DNA from: a virus
Virus record (IMG/VR): IMGVR_UViG_3300045988_061461
Direction: 5' to 3' (one strand)
Length of the DNA: 53,833 nucleotides
The position numbers and the translations under genes were made by a program. The notes beneath the pieces are model-generated. The model did not search any database, had not been told where the DNA came from, and saw only the letters and a list, made by a program, of their open reading frames with translations. Position 1 is the stretch's first letter, and every line of letters begins with the position of its first letter. This document shows positions 24,201 through 33,915 of the stretch, piece after piece.

Positions 24201-27200
24201 TCCGAAGGTTGTTTTTGAAAGCAATATCACACAGGCTGAAATTGCACCAAGAAGAATGGATACCGATAGAGCAAGTGTTATAGCGCCACCCGGATTTTCA
24301 ATGTTTCCGAATGCAGCTATCATCCCGCCCATTATGAATGCGACAGTTGTTAATATCATAACGCTGTCAATAATTTTATCCAACGACTTATTCGCAAAAG
24401 TCGACTTAGATAGGACAACAGCACATTGGCTTATTACGTATAACAACAGAGAAACAGATTCAGCAAGGATTATTGCTCCAATAGGATTCTGAATATCATT
24501 GAAGATACTAACAAGGACACCCATTGCAAACGCAATAGCTGTGAATGCGGCCATGGTGGTGTAAAGTTTACCCATCATTTTCCAGGATCTGCTGAATTTA
24601 GCTTTAGATACGATAGCGAGAACTTGAGATAATGCTAGGATTAAAATTCCAACACTCCCGGCGAGCGAAATCGCACCTTTTACATCATCAATCTCCCCGA
24701 ACATCTTTATCATGGCACCAAAACCCCATATGACGCCAGTTAAAAGAGCAATGGTTAGCATGACAGATCCGCTAATCTTTTCCATACTACTGATCGTTCT
24801 AAGAAGTATAGCCAAAACCAAACTTATTGCTGCAAGTCCTCCGAGACCAATTAGTGCTGACTTCCAGTCTAACAAAGATATCAAAGAAACGGCGGCGAAC
24901 ATCATGGTTATCATAGTTCCAATAAGAACTATCTTTGCGGCCCCGCCTTTATTAACACCGGCAACCCCTCGAAGCATTATACCAAACGCGATAATGAACG
25001 CTGCTACTGTGGCGGCCCCTTTCACCAGACGATCTGTATCCATTCCTCCTAAAATATAAATAGCAGGTATCAGAATGTATAGAGAAAGGGCAAGACTCAT
25101 AATTGCAAGACCTGCTCGTCCAGCATATTGTCCAGAGAATTTACTGAGAGCCATAAAAACAGAAAAAGCAAGAGCTACTAATCCAGCATTTGCAGCGCCT
25201 TTTTTGAAAACCTCTTTCGGAATATTAGCAAATTTCTTGATGGCTACATACGCTATATATAACGATGCGGCTAACGAAACAATCGCTAAACCACCTTTTG
25301 CTGCGTTCTTAGATCCGCCTATCGATAGGGATAACATAACGATACCAAGAGCTATAGCTAAACCTTGAAATAGACGTACCTTTTCTTTAGAGCCCTCTAA
25401 CGCAGAAGAATCAATTTTCTTGAAAACATCAACTAATTTCTGCATAACATATGCTATTCCAAGAAGAGTGGCGACAGCTCCTAATTTAACCCCTTTAGAA
25501 GCTCTCATGGCGAGCGCCATTGCGGCAATTAGACCGCCAATCATAACAATGGCTTTGATGTTTCCTTTTACATCAAATCCTTGAAGGTCTTTTAAGGTAT
25601 CCACTATCATCTTCAAGGAGAGTGCAATTCCAATGGCAGACATAAATCCACCAATACCAGTACCCTTGCTTGCTCTGGCCATGATTGTAGCAGCCGTGGT
25701 AAGTGCAACCATTAAAGCGGCAAACATGAGTATTTCGGGCCCCATACTAGCAAAATCCATATCTTGGATTTTCTTAAGCGCCACAACCGTCATTAAAATT
25801 GCAGCACCCATTGCGGCCATTGAATAACCAACGTTTTTAAAATCGGCAGCCTTAGAAAATACAGATATTAAAATTGTAAAAACACTAACCGCAGCCCCTA
25901 TCGCGCCTAAGACTAAAACAGATTCCCATAACCTATCAGCAGGTATGTTTGCCAATATCGCAAGGGATGCAGATAGCATTAGGATACCCGTGGCAATACT
26001 TTTAAAAGTATCTCCTGGACTATCCTTTGAAATTTGTATAAGCGTATCGGCTACTAATTTCGGAAGATCCGCTATAGTTTTAGCCAACGAAGTTATAACT
26101 TTTGCCGGACCATCGAGAATGGTTAAAAATTTATCGACAAGTTTTCCGATCCCACGAAAAATAGAAATTATTACAATCAAACCAGCAAAGACTGCAATAG
26201 AAGTCCAATTAATTTCTTTTATTTTCTCGCCAATCCAAGCAATTGCGTTGCCAGCAAGAGTCTTCAGTTTTTCAAAACCACTAGATGCACTTTCGACGCT
26301 CGTATTGATGGATTTTCCAATCCCATTCCAAGAATTAACGATCCAATCCTTTACTGCGCTGACTTTTTCTCCGATTTTGTAGAAGATTTCTCCAAATCCT
26401 TCAAAGGAAATATTAATTGCACCGAAAGAATCAATAACTTCTTTACCAACGGCCTTTACAGATTTAAAGAAATTTGTAAACGAGGAGAAGTCTATTTTTT
26501 TAAAACTAAGTTTCGATAAAGCGGAGGAAATTCCGTCGAATATTGGCTTAACGCCCTTCAAATTCTTAAATTTCTCCCAGTAACTGTTAAGAACGACAAT
26601 GCCATTTTGAATTTCCGTTTTCACTGAAACTAGAAATTCTCGAATTGCTTCTCCGCCGCGAAGCTGTGCTCTTAAATTAGTTATTCCTTGACCTACATTC
26701 GAAAGGAAATCGAAGATACTTTGAGGAATTCCGTCAAAAGCATCCCCAATAAGATCGTCCTTAATAAACTTAAAGATTCCTGTAGCGAAATCTTTTACAA
26801 TTCCTAGAATGCTAAATGCACCCGTGAAAATGTTAGAAAATTTTTCTTGATTAACGTCGAGATTAATGAAATCGGTCATTGACTTCGTTAGATTTCGAAC
26901 GCTTTCCAAGGCATTCTTTAATTGTTTCGCCGTTATAGGCGGAAACACATTTTTGAAACCTTTCTTGACAGCATTTAGTATCCCTAGAATAGAATCAAAC
27001 GTATTGTAGAAACCTTCAACTAAGAATTTACGTCCGCTACCTGTTATTTCGCTAATTATACTTAGAATCTCGGTGTCTCCAGATTCTACTTTTTTTACAA
27101 AATCATCCCATATAGGATTTCTACGTTTATTCTTAAAGGCTTTTTTCATATAATCATCATACGCCAAAACAGCTTGTTTGATGATTTTTTCGTCTGCCCA

Positions 27201-28532
27201 ACCACTAGTTAAACTTTTAGCAAGACTTCCGGCATCCTTGATCATCTGATCCGTTAGAACTCCGTTAGCCTTTCCTACTTGTTCAAGAGTCTTTTCAAAC
27301 TGATTTACATCGCCCCCAGTATCTGTTATGACTCTTCGAAGACGTTCCCAGTTCGTCACAGCAAAAGACTCTTCTAAAAATTCATTTCTCGCTTCTGCAG
27401 GCCCAGCAAAAATATCATAAAGATAATTTGCCATGTCGGTCCATAGAACTTTCTGCTGTTCATAATTACCGAGAATCTTCTCAAAACTATTCATCCAGCC
27501 AGTAGCAACTGCATCTTTTACAGAATCAATTACATCGTTAAAAGTCTTGGCTTCCTGCGCTGATCGAAAAGCTTTTAGTCCAAATGCATCGACGCTATTT
27601 CCGAGTTCTTCAATCGCCTGCGATGCGGTAATACCGTGTTCTTCCGTATATTCATAAATCTGATTGACAGCTTCAGAATATCTTTTGAAGGCTTTCATCA
27701 TTACTTCAGAAGTAGCCCAAGCATCGTCTGTTAAATGATTGGGAAGCTGACTTGTGCTGAATTCTTTAGAAGAAGCAGTTAATGATTTATATGCGTCATC
27801 TCCAATTTTTTCAAGAGTTCCTAATTCAACACCGGCTTCTATAAGATTTTTTCGAAACTCTAATGTATCCATGTTAGCATTCTGGATAGACATATAGTCT
27901 TGCTTTCGAAGCTGTCCAGAACCCATGGCCTGAGAAATTTGATACATAGCACGACTGGCTGTTTGAGCATTCTGACCAGACAAGGCTGCCCAGTTGGCAA
28001 TACCCATCATTGCTTCGACAGAATCTTCTAGACTTTGACCAGATGCTGTGAACATACCAATGTTCTTTACCATATCCGTAAAGTTATAGCTGGTTTCATC
28101 AGTAAACCAATTCAGTCTCTCTAACTGTTTGGTTACTTCATCCATGTTATAGCCTTGGGATATCAATGTTGCAACTGCAGTGGTCTTCTCAGCATACTTA
28201 TCCCAGCCAGCTGCAATATTGTCGACGCTAAGAGATTTTATCAAATTCTTTCCGGTTGTGATTGCTTGGTCACTAATTCTCTTAAGAGCCGTATAACCAG
28301 CTATCTGTAAAGCACTAAATTTTACCGTGACTTGCTGAACAGCCTGACCTAAAATACCCGGATTAACTTTTTCAATCTCTCGGTTTAACTGACGCATGCT
28401 CTTCGAAGCATCATCCATTTTAAAAGCATGTTTAAGTTTATCAAGAGTCGACATGCTAGTTTTGACATTTTTCTCAAAATTACTATTGTCAAATTGCATT
28501 TCAACAATTCTTGAATCGACGGTCTTACTCAT
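21273..28532 (-). CDS. tail tape measure protein, 2419 aa, with a roughly 700-aa polytopic hydrophobic core
   Basis: Position after the chaperones. Coiled/Ala-Gly-rich arms. At least 5 tandem repeats of about 64 aa in the hydrophobic core. Confidence 0.85.
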   Translation of the reverse strand: MSKTVDSRIVEMQFDNSNFEKNVKTSMSTLDKLKHAFKMDDASKSMRQLNREIEKVNPGILGQAVQQVTVKFSALQIAGYTALKRISDQAITTGKNLIKSLSVDNIAAGWDKYAEKTTAVATLISQGYNMDEVTKQLERLNWFTDETSYNFTDMVKNIGMFTASGQSLEDSVEAMMGIANWAALSGQNAQTASRAMYQISQAMGSGQLRKQDYMSIQNANMDTLEFRKNLIEAGVELGTLEKIGDDAYKSLTASSKEFSTSQLPNHLTDDAWATSEVMMKAFKRYSEAVNQIYEYTEEHGITASQAIEELGNSVDAFGLKAFRSAQEAKTFNDVIDSVKDAVATGWMNSFEKILGNYEQQKVLWTDMANYLYDIFAGPAEARNEFLEESFAVTNWERLRRVITDTGGDVNQFEKTLEQVGKANGVLTDQMIKDAGSLAKSLTSGWADEKIIKQAVLAYDDYMKKAFKNKRRNPIWDDFVKKVESGDTEILSIISEITGSGRKFLVEGFYNTFDSILGILNAVKKGFKNVFPPITAKQLKNALESVRNLTKSMTDFINLDVNQEKFSNIFTGAFSILGIVKDFATGIFKFIKDDLIGDAFDGIPQSIFDFLSNVGQGITNLRAQLRGGEAIREFLVSVKTEIQNGIVVLNSYWEKFKNLKGVKPIFDGISSALSKLSFKKIDFSSFTNFFKSVKAVGKEVIDSFGAINISFEGFGEIFYKIGEKVSAVKDWIVNSWNGIGKSINTSVESASSGFEKLKTLAGNAIAWIGEKIKEINWTSIAVFAGLIVIISIFRGIGKLVDKFLTILDGPAKVITSLAKTIADLPKLVADTLIQISKDSPGDTFKSIATGILMLSASLAILANIPADRLWESVLVLGAIGAAVSVFTILISVFSKAADFKNVGYSMAAMGAAILMTVVALKKIQDMDFASMGPEILMFAALMVALTTAATIMARASKGTGIGGFMSAIGIALSLKMIVDTLKDLQGFDVKGNIKAIVMIGGLIAAMALAMRASKGVKLGAVATLLGIAYVMQKLVDVFKKIDSSALEGSKEKVRLFQGLAIALGIVMLSLSIGGSKNAAKGGLAIVSLAASLYIAYVAIKKFANIPKEVFKKGAANAGLVALAFSVFMALSKFSGQYAGRAGLAIMSLALSLYILIPAIYILGGMDTDRLVKGAATVAAFIIAFGIMLRGVAGVNKGGAAKIVLIGTMITMMFAAVSLISLLDWKSALIGLGGLAAISLVLAILLRTISSMEKISGSVMLTIALLTGVIWGFGAMIKMFGEIDDVKGAISLAGSVGILILALSQVLAIVSKAKFSRSWKMMGKLYTTMAAFTAIAFAMGVLVSIFNDIQNPIGAIILAESVSLLLYVISQCAVVLSKSTFANKSLDKIIDSVMILTTVAFIMGGMIAAFGNIENPGGAITLALSVSILLGAISACVILLSKTTFGNKNIKKISITVGLLAVIAAGLTAVVGKFSGMTDPKSVLPLVVGVSILLGAITGACLLLQFAGKIAPEAILSVSILGALAIGLGTMLGLLLSSTGQVEGAITAAVAISTMVLALSAACILLGVAGTFGIAGLAGVGIFTVLVIALVGLTLLIRWVSGLMSMTEEDLANMKAFMDGLKIVLVGIADAIGSAMIQTVVSFTAGFKNVAQNIKDAMDIAAQIQPIGADNIVAVLQAIVGIAGLKVAAGEGWAGMVVEFFTGRGTDKVTEVLADITKTGGLLEQMASFGEACSKMDPNMKSNITNFAAAIRGLSDGLKDPPNKNNMINLQNMLKDLSSEDFMSSLKAFADSVGIISAGNLEKVANLSTAIAGIVSAAKESKNVKNLDDLKDLCSKLPDIAKDMGSLGSNFTNIASGLTAAQGIVDIIKLITEGIAGNGDDKKGLFGLDLSQFTSNITASGGWLQDIMGETDLAKFTDNLSDAVRNIQYMVQTADELGFLKDKGTKAKTVAAAIGDVISSITSGSGQIGRTGGSITDFIGETQTLGDYTDDLDDVIRNLGAMCDAYDDALTGRDPVSVAKIIGDVIAGIASSAKSLPKTGGTWQKIFGENGLTGLGQIGRQFGIFAVAISEIDGSQVSKASTIANALANIGIAFAGFKEGMDIDITPIEGKLTSLGKTIQSFSDSLTGFDYTNITQFSSKIKELGESLLTLGGEEATSGAESAVDLTSAGTDIKEKLNNLISGAITDTFSENGSVFSSMSSGVGDFLSKTGTAISEGGQSIFDAAKGIGTNICDGLVKGINDKIETVKNTAKAVGEAAVSACAQGAQVNSPSKATIETARYIIAGLVNTLRNKSGEVYDESWNMGRKATQGLDDALSTVRDTIEGKVSDHPVIRPVLDLSDVQNGVTTLDSMFSRNRALAVDAIRTKRQTAVETENQNGSTKSGPSYNFVQNNYSPKALSRIEIYRQTKNQFSALKGATMV

Positions 28533-28906
28533 ACTCTAATAACCTCCTCCCATGCTTTTTTAACCATTTCGTCAAATAGAGGCTGGACCGCAGGATTAAT
28601 GTAATCTCTCCCTTCGACCCATCCTCCATTACGAGTCGCATGTCCATACTGTAATATCACAGCAATATTAACATATTTATTAATATTATCGTTGACAAAA
28701 ATAATAGAAGATGAATTTGGACCAGTCTCTATCTCGTATCGCCAAGAGTCGGCAGTACGTCCTGTATCTTTAGGAGTAGCTGCTGCTAAAGCCTCTACTC
28801 CTTGTTTTCCATATTTATCAAGAATCTGAAGATACTTTTTCTGCGTTAATCGTTTAAAATATCGTTCAGCTCTTTTATAATCGCCTTTAATCTTGAACGT
28901 TATCAT
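28529..28906 (-). CDS. HK97 gp10-like (tail completion / neck) protein
   Basis: Motif TPKDTGRTADSWRYEI, size 125 aa. Confidence 0.5.
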   Translation of the reverse strand: MITFKIKGDYKRAERYFKRLTQKKYLQILDKYGKQGVEALAAATPKDTGRTADSWRYEIETGPNSSSIIFVNDNINKYVNIAVILQYGHATRNGGWVEGRDYINPAVQPLFDEMVKKAWEEVIRV

Positions 28907-28912
28907 TGATTA

Positions 28913-29458
28913 TCACCCCCGCGATCCAGCTTTCTTTCTACGAGCAGCGTTAATCGCCGCATTCTGTTTCATAATATCACGCTGAGACATCTTCTTAGCG
29001 GGTCCATTCTTTATTTCGCAAACCTGTATCAGCGTTAAAAGACGATTTAAATGCCACTTTTGACATTCACCAAAGGGTATATTAAGAGAGACCATCCAGT
29101 AATATATAAGTTCACTCGTAATAATCTCCCTAGAACCATGTTTCTTTTGATCGTTAAAAGTTGTAGCGGTCATCGGATTCGCGATATACTCATTGACAAC
29201 TTCCAAATCTTTATTCGTTAAGAATCGATATAGATACTCTGGAACATTCTGTGTAATTGTCATGCATTTTATGTAGTCCAGAGTTTCTTCATATGTTTTT
29301 TCTTCTCTTCCGAGAAAGGCTTTATGCCATTTGGATTCCCATTTTGAAATTGAGACCAGAGAGTGCTCCAGAACAATTTCATGATCACGATTCTGTCCAA
29401 TGAAACACTCGTTATTCTCATCCCACATCTCGACTTCATGGATTGTCAAACGAAGCAT
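28913..29458 (-). CDS. putative tail assembly chaperone-associated protein (181 aa)
   Basis: Position upstream of the tape measure. LEHSLVSISKWESKW motif recalled from phage TAC-region proteins. Confidence 0.4.
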   Translation of the reverse strand: MLRLTIHEVEMWDENNECFIGQNRDHEIVLEHSLVSISKWESKWHKAFLGREEKTYEETLDYIKCMTITQNVPEYLYRFLTNKDLEVVNEYIANPMTATTFNDQKKHGSREIITSELIYYWMVSLNIPFGECQKWHLNRLLTLIQVCEIKNGPAKKMSQRDIMKQNAAINAARRKKAGSRG

Positions 29459-29481
29459 TCTCTGATCTCCTCTCTTCTAGA

Positions 29482-29886
29482 TTACTGGACCGGAGTAAGA
29501 TTTACCGGTCGGCTAATTTCTTTACCATCTACATTGGGCATGATCCCGTTTACAAATGCCGCAGCCTTGTCCGCATCAGTGATGAGTTCCATGAAAATCT
29601 CGGAATATGCTTCAGTCTGTTCGAAAGCATCATAAAGTTCTTCGCTCTTGATGAATCGACGACCATCGGCACTCTTGACACCGTAAGACTTCTTAATAAG
29701 TTCACGGAACAACTTAATCAGTTCGGGAGCATTCTTGGAATCGGTAACAGCCTTAATTCGGCCGGTCAAACCGCCAGGAATACTGAGTTCCCACCCCATA
29801 AGTTCGGCCTTAGTGAGATTGAAACGGAATTCTTCGGTGTATTCAACGCCATTATAGTCGGTAGTAGTAATAGTCTTTGTAATCAT
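29482..29886 (-). CDS. tail assembly chaperone
   Basis: Position. Motif FNLTKAEL...SYG.KS.DGRRFIK...AY recalled from the TAC family. Confidence 0.55.
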   Translation of the reverse strand: MITKTITTTDYNGVEYTEEFRFNLTKAELMGWELSIPGGLTGRIKAVTDSKNAPELIKLFRELIKKSYGVKSADGRRFIKSEELYDAFEQTEAYSEIFMELITDADKAAAFVNGIMPNVDGKEISRPVNLTPVQ

Positions 29887-29915
29887 AATTGTCTCCTTTC
29901 AATAATTAAAAATAT

Positions 29916-30503
29916 TTATTCCCCAGCTGGTACTGGTACTGATTCGATTAACTCAAAAGGTGCAATGACCAAATTGTCTGCTTCTATTAAGTTAAGATTC
30001 GAATAAGAGTAGCTTCCATCGTCGTATACGATAGGGAGAAGTTGGCTTGTTTCTGCAAAGACCTGAGCTGAAACTTTCATGTATCCAAAAGGAGTCACAA
30101 GCCCCACGTTCTCTAGATTAACACAGGTTGATTTATTTGTCAAATTGTCCGAACTTATTATTGATTTTATAATTAATGGATTAGATTGCATCACTTTGTT
30201 CATATCAGCATTTGACAGTAAATATATATCTGAAAAACTGCATCCATCAAATGGAACAATACCACCTATATATATGCCATTATTCTCCGATGTTAATATT
30301 TCATCTCCGAGAGAATTTTTAAAGTTATATATAGGGATAATTATAGGGCGTCGTGCATATAGCTCAACCGAATCTTTTAGACTCGATATACCGAGATTAA
30401 ATGATCTTTTTTTCGCAGATGCCGATTTCCAGTCTAATATCACCTCGACGGGTTCTGCTGGTTCTGTTGGTTTTTCTGCTTTATAGAATCCTGCACTATC
30501 CAT
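29916..30503 (-). CDS. hypothetical structural protein (195 aa)
   Basis: ORF between the major tail and chaperone genes. Confidence 0.5.
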   Translation of the reverse strand: MDSAGFYKAEKPTEPAEPVEVILDWKSASAKKRSFNLGISSLKDSVELYARRPIIIPIYNFKNSLGDEILTSENNGIYIGGIVPFDGCSFSDIYLLSNADMNKVMQSNPLIIKSIISSDNLTNKSTCVNLENVGLVTPFGYMKVSAQVFAETSQLLPIVYDDGSYSYSNLNLIEADNLVIAPFELIESVPVPAGE

Positions 30504-30511
30504 TTTGAATT

Positions 30512-30544
30512 TACCAAAGAGGGGCCCGCGCTAACAGACCCCTC
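30512..30544 (-). terminator. hairpin / attenuator after the major tail gene
   Basis: Minus strand GAGGGG-(14 nt)-CCCCUC then UUUGG (weak U tract). Confidence 0.4.
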
Positions 30545-30560
30545 GATCCTTTCTTTCGAT

Positions 30561-31250
30561 TTAGGACTTGGGATTCTCAGTAATAATAGCAATTACTTCG
30601 TCAGGCATGAGGATCTTAGGATCCGTTGCAGCGGTATCTTCGCCATTCTTACCATACAGAGCATCCTCGATAGCAGTCAGAGCCGCTTCGCTGATCTTGG
30701 TAGTGTCGATTACCAGACAGGAAGTAGGCTTATGATTAGTTACGTTAACGGGAGTAGAGTTTACTTCCCAAGAGAACGTAATGGCATCAGGAGAATCGTT
30801 AATAGTCTGATAGTTCTTCTCGGAAGGAGAGCACTTACAGCCATAAACGATGTGAATCTTATCACCATGTTCGTTACCATCGGTGTCGTTACCAACCTTG
30901 GTGCGATAGCAGAAGCCAAAACCCTTACGAGTCTGCTGACCAATGGTCACACCATCGGCAACGTTAGCGGAACCATCACACTCTGCGAATTCATCGGGGT
31001 ACATATAAGCTTCGATAGTACCACCGAAAGTTTCTGCAGACTGCATGCTCAAATACTTAATATTGTCAGCATAGAGGTCGGTGTTCTCGGCACCAGAAGG
31101 ACTTTCCGTGAAAGCGGTCAGACCATTCCAAGCAACACCCTTCTGATACTGACCATTAGAAATAGGATACAGTACGCCCTTCTCAATACCAGTTTCATAG
31201 AGCCTTTCGCCGCTCTTATCCCATTCGATACGTTTAGTTACAACAGCCAT
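30561..31250 (-). CDS. major tail (tube) protein
   Basis: Position. YETGIEKGVLYP...AWNGL..F.E.P.G...DLYADN pattern is typical of siphovirus major tail proteins. Confidence 0.7.
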   Translation of the reverse strand: MAVVTKRIEWDKSGERLYETGIEKGVLYPISNGQYQKGVAWNGLTAFTESPSGAENTDLYADNIKYLSMQSAETFGGTIEAYMYPDEFAECDGSANVADGVTIGQQTRKGFGFCYRTKVGNDTDGNEHGDKIHIVYGCKCSPSEKNYQTINDSPDAITFSWEVNSTPVNVTNHKPTSCLVIDTTKISEAALTAIEDALYGKNGEDTAATDPKILMPDEVIAIITENPKS

Positions 31251-31262
31251 GAATTATTCCTC

Positions 31263-31616
31263 CTAAAAATATAATACAAATATGTCATGATTAAGATTGT
31301 CCGCAGTATAGTGTCTGTCAAATCGACACATAGGAAGTTTTGAAATATCTTCAACAAACTTGCTATCTGGATTCTTATCAACAACTATAATCTGATACTC
31401 GTGAGTTCTAATATACGGAAGATTATCGGCATTAATTTTATCAATGTCACTCCGACGATAGATAATACACGGATACTTGAGACGAACACTTTCTGTGGGT
31501 TGGTAATAAACATTGCGAGAACCAAGAATCTTACACAAAATTTCGTGAAGCTCAAGACGATTGTTCATTCCAAACACCCCCAAGAGAAAGTTTAAGTCTC
31601 GGATACTGAATATCAA
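31263..31616 (-). CDS. head-tail joining / tail completion protein candidate
   Basis: Position and size. Confidence 0.4.
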   Translation of the reverse strand: MIFSIRDLNFLLGVFGMNNRLELHEILCKILGSRNVYYQPTESVRLKYPCIIYRRSDIDKINADNLPYIRTHEYQIIVVDKNPDSKFVEDISKLPMCRFDRHYTADNLNHDIFVLYF

Positions 31617-31875
31617 TGCTGTTCACTTTCCACTTTACACCCATATAAGTTGCATACTTAATGTTTGCACAGTTACAGCATAGAAACGGATCTCCGACGA
31701 CAGAAAGTTCATTTGAAATATTCAGATCGTCGTTAAGATTCTCCGAATTCTGCCACTTCATGAAGTTTCGAATTACTTCTCCTCTATAGATCTTTTCTAT
31801 GATTTTATCAGTCCAAACTCCAGGAGCGGTTTCTTCGGGCATTGCGAAACCTATCGCGCCGCAATATTTAGCCAT
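31552..31875 (-). CDS. head-tail joining protein candidate
   Basis: Position and size. Confidence 0.4.
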   Translation of the reverse strand: MAKYCGAIGFAMPEETAPGVWTDKIIEKIYRGEVIRNFMKWQNSENLNDDLNISNELSVVGDPFLCCNCANIKYATYMGVKWKVNSIDIQYPRLKLSLGGVWNEQSS

Positions 31876-31883
31876 TTTGATTT

Positions 31884-32192
31884 TTACGCGTCAGCGTAAT
31901 CGGAGCTCTTGACTACCTTTGCACTAAGTGCATCAGAAGCGCCGAGAGCAATACAAACGAGCTTACAGCCTGCAGATGCACCTGCAACAAGAGTCACAGG
32001 AACGTACTGAGTGGTGGAATCCTTAACAATAACACCATTCAGGAAAAGATCTTCCAAAAGCTTACCGTTGATCGTATCAGTACCGACAACAGCTACATTG
32101 CCAGAGTTCAAACCAATAACATATTTAGCAACAAACTTGTCCTCGGCTCGATTAAATACGAGAGGAACATCCTTCTTAAGAACATTAGCCAT
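31884..32192 (-). CDS. small head-associated protein (102 aa)
   Basis: Immediately follows the capsid gene. Confidence 0.4.
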   Translation of the reverse strand: MANVLKKDVPLVFNRAEDKFVAKYVIGLNSGNVAVVGTDTINGKLLEDLFLNGVIVKDSTTQYVPVTLVAGASAGCKLVCIALGASDALSAKVVKSSDYADA

Positions 32193-32220
32193 AACTAATT
32201 ACCTCCTAATGCTTTTTCTT

Positions 32221-33915
32221 TTATGCCTGAGCCATTTCAATGGCAATGGCACTGTAAGGCTTATTCAGAGAACCAGAGCAACGAGTCTCGATCAGATACT
32301 TCTGCTGGTTGTAATCGATATCGAAATCGTCGAACATGTTCACTTCGCCACCCTTATCGGCGCCAAAGGTATAGTCTTTCATGTTGACGATAATAGCAAC
32401 CAGAGTACCACCAAGCTTACCAGTGAGATTCTCCATCACGGGAACAGTTACGATACGAGATACACGCAGTTTCCGAGCCAGCTTCTCTTCGGATTCATAG
32501 AGGTCACGACCAGTAGTATCCGTCATGAGCAGCATGTTAGTCAGCATGTCTTCAGTAGTGAACATGATGGGGCTGCCGGAACCCTTATAGTCCTTACGAG
32601 CCTTAATCGCGGCACGAATGACCAGCTTAGCCTTATCATCGTCAGTAGCATTAGCGCTATAAGTAACCTTGGTCTTGATAGTGTACAGATCCTCATCGTT
32701 GTAGATAGGACGAATGCACTGAGTGTTAATATGATCGTCATCAGAGGTGCTACGACCATCGCCAACCAGAGCCGCACGAGCAATTTCTTCGTCCAGCATC
32801 ATGCGCATCTCGGTCTTCAACATTGCGGCAACATTGAAATCGGTAATATCAAGCATGTCGTCCCGATCCATCTTCTGCTTCTTATAGATGCTCGTAGGAC
32901 TGGTCGTACGCTTCAAAAGAGTGAAGACTTCTTCCTTCTTCATGTTGCCCTTAATATAACCCTTAGCGCGAGCTTCATCTTCGGTAATGTTTGCATAGAT
33001 GGACTTAATGCGGGAGAACGCAGTGTGAGTAGCACCATTCATGACAACGCTCACCCAGTCCATATTCCGAGAAATAAAATCAATGTTGTTAGAAGTGGTG
33101 CGAGCATCGGGGAAGAGATATTCCACGTTCTCGATACCATGAGCCAGAGAGCTCTCCTTCAGGGAGCCATACTTCTTGATGTCGTTAAAAACGGCCACAA
33201 CATCACTATGCTGGATCACATCTTCCTGCTGCTGTTCATTGTTATTGTCAAATACATTGTGCTTCACTACGGTTCCCCCCTCGTCATTTTTAGATTCATT
33301 TTGATTTTTTCCTTCTTCGAGCGCTTTTTTAACAAGAGCCCAGAGAACTTTCTGCTGCTCCTCGGTCATATCATCAATAACATCCCCAACAGTACGCTCT
33401 TTCTTTTCTTCAGACATATCGGCCTTTTCCTCCATACTTTCTTTTTTATCTGCATGCTCAAGTTCTATCTCGATCGGCATACCAGTATAAATTTGTCCTT
33501 CAAATTCAGCATCATCAGCATGGGCCATAACATCATCGATGTAGGCTCCAGGATTAGCTCCAGCAAGGACCAGACTAACTTCTCTAATATTACCGTGAAT
33601 AACATTAGATCCGTTCTGACGAAGCTGATTGGCCCAAATAGACAAATATTCAACATCGCCATGTTTTACAAGAGACTTCGCGGTCTGACCATTCTCAGTA
33701 TCGTTAAATTTGCCATAAATACGAACACCTTCGCCCATATTTTTGAGAATGCCATGACCAAGAACATCGTTTACAGAATTATGCTGATGGTTCCATACGA
33801 TGGGAACTACAGCACCATCGTTTTCCTTGAAAGCATCATGCATAATGACTCGACCATCGCTACACTTAAGATTTGCTCGTGTAGCCCAGCCGGCGAAATC
33901 ATATTCCTTAGCCAT
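32221..33915 (-). CDS. fused HK97-type prohead protease, acidic scaffold-like linker and HK97-fold major capsid protein
   Basis: N-terminus FAGWA..VPIVWNHQH..EVSLVLAGANPGA (S78-like protease). Linker EKADMSEEKKER...EEQQK. C-terminal roughly 330 aa is capsid-like. Confidence 0.75.
   Translation of the reverse strand: MAKEYDFAGWATRANLKCSDGRVIMHDAFKENDGAVVPIVWNHQHNSVNDVLGHGILKNMGEGVRIYGKFNDTENGQTAKSLVKHGDVEYLSIWANQLRQNGSNVIHGNIREVSLVLAGANPGAYIDDVMAHADDAEFEGQIYTGMPIEIELEHADKKESMEEKADMSEEKKERTVGDVIDDMTEEQQKVLWALVKKALEEGKNQNESKNDEGGTVVKHNVFDNNNEQQQEDVIQHSDVVAVFNDIKKYGSLKESSLAHGIENVEYLFPDARTTSNNIDFISRNMDWVSVVMNGATHTAFSRIKSIYANITEDEARAKGYIKGNMKKEEVFTLLKRTTSPTSIYKKQKMDRDDMLDITDFNVAAMLKTEMRMMLDEEIARAALVGDGRSTSDDDHINTQCIRPIYNDEDLYTIKTKVTYSANATDDDKAKLVIRAAIKARKDYKGSGSPIMFTTEDMLTNMLLMTDTTGRDLYESEEKLARKLRVSRIVTVPVMENLTGKLGGTLVAIIVNMKDYTFGADKGGEVNMFDDFDIDYNQQKYLIETRCSGSLNKPYSAIAIEMAQA

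Noticed and set aside
21510-26382. Many plus-strand ORFs (for example 23686-24492 and 25945-26382) and nested minus-strand ORFs (21461-21646, 21734-21934, 23701-24039) inside the tape measure gene
   Set aside because: All lie within the 7.2-kb tape measure ORF. Their Pro/Ala/Ile-rich composition mirrors the repetitive Ala/Gly/Ile codons of the real frame. None has an independent SD or promoter.
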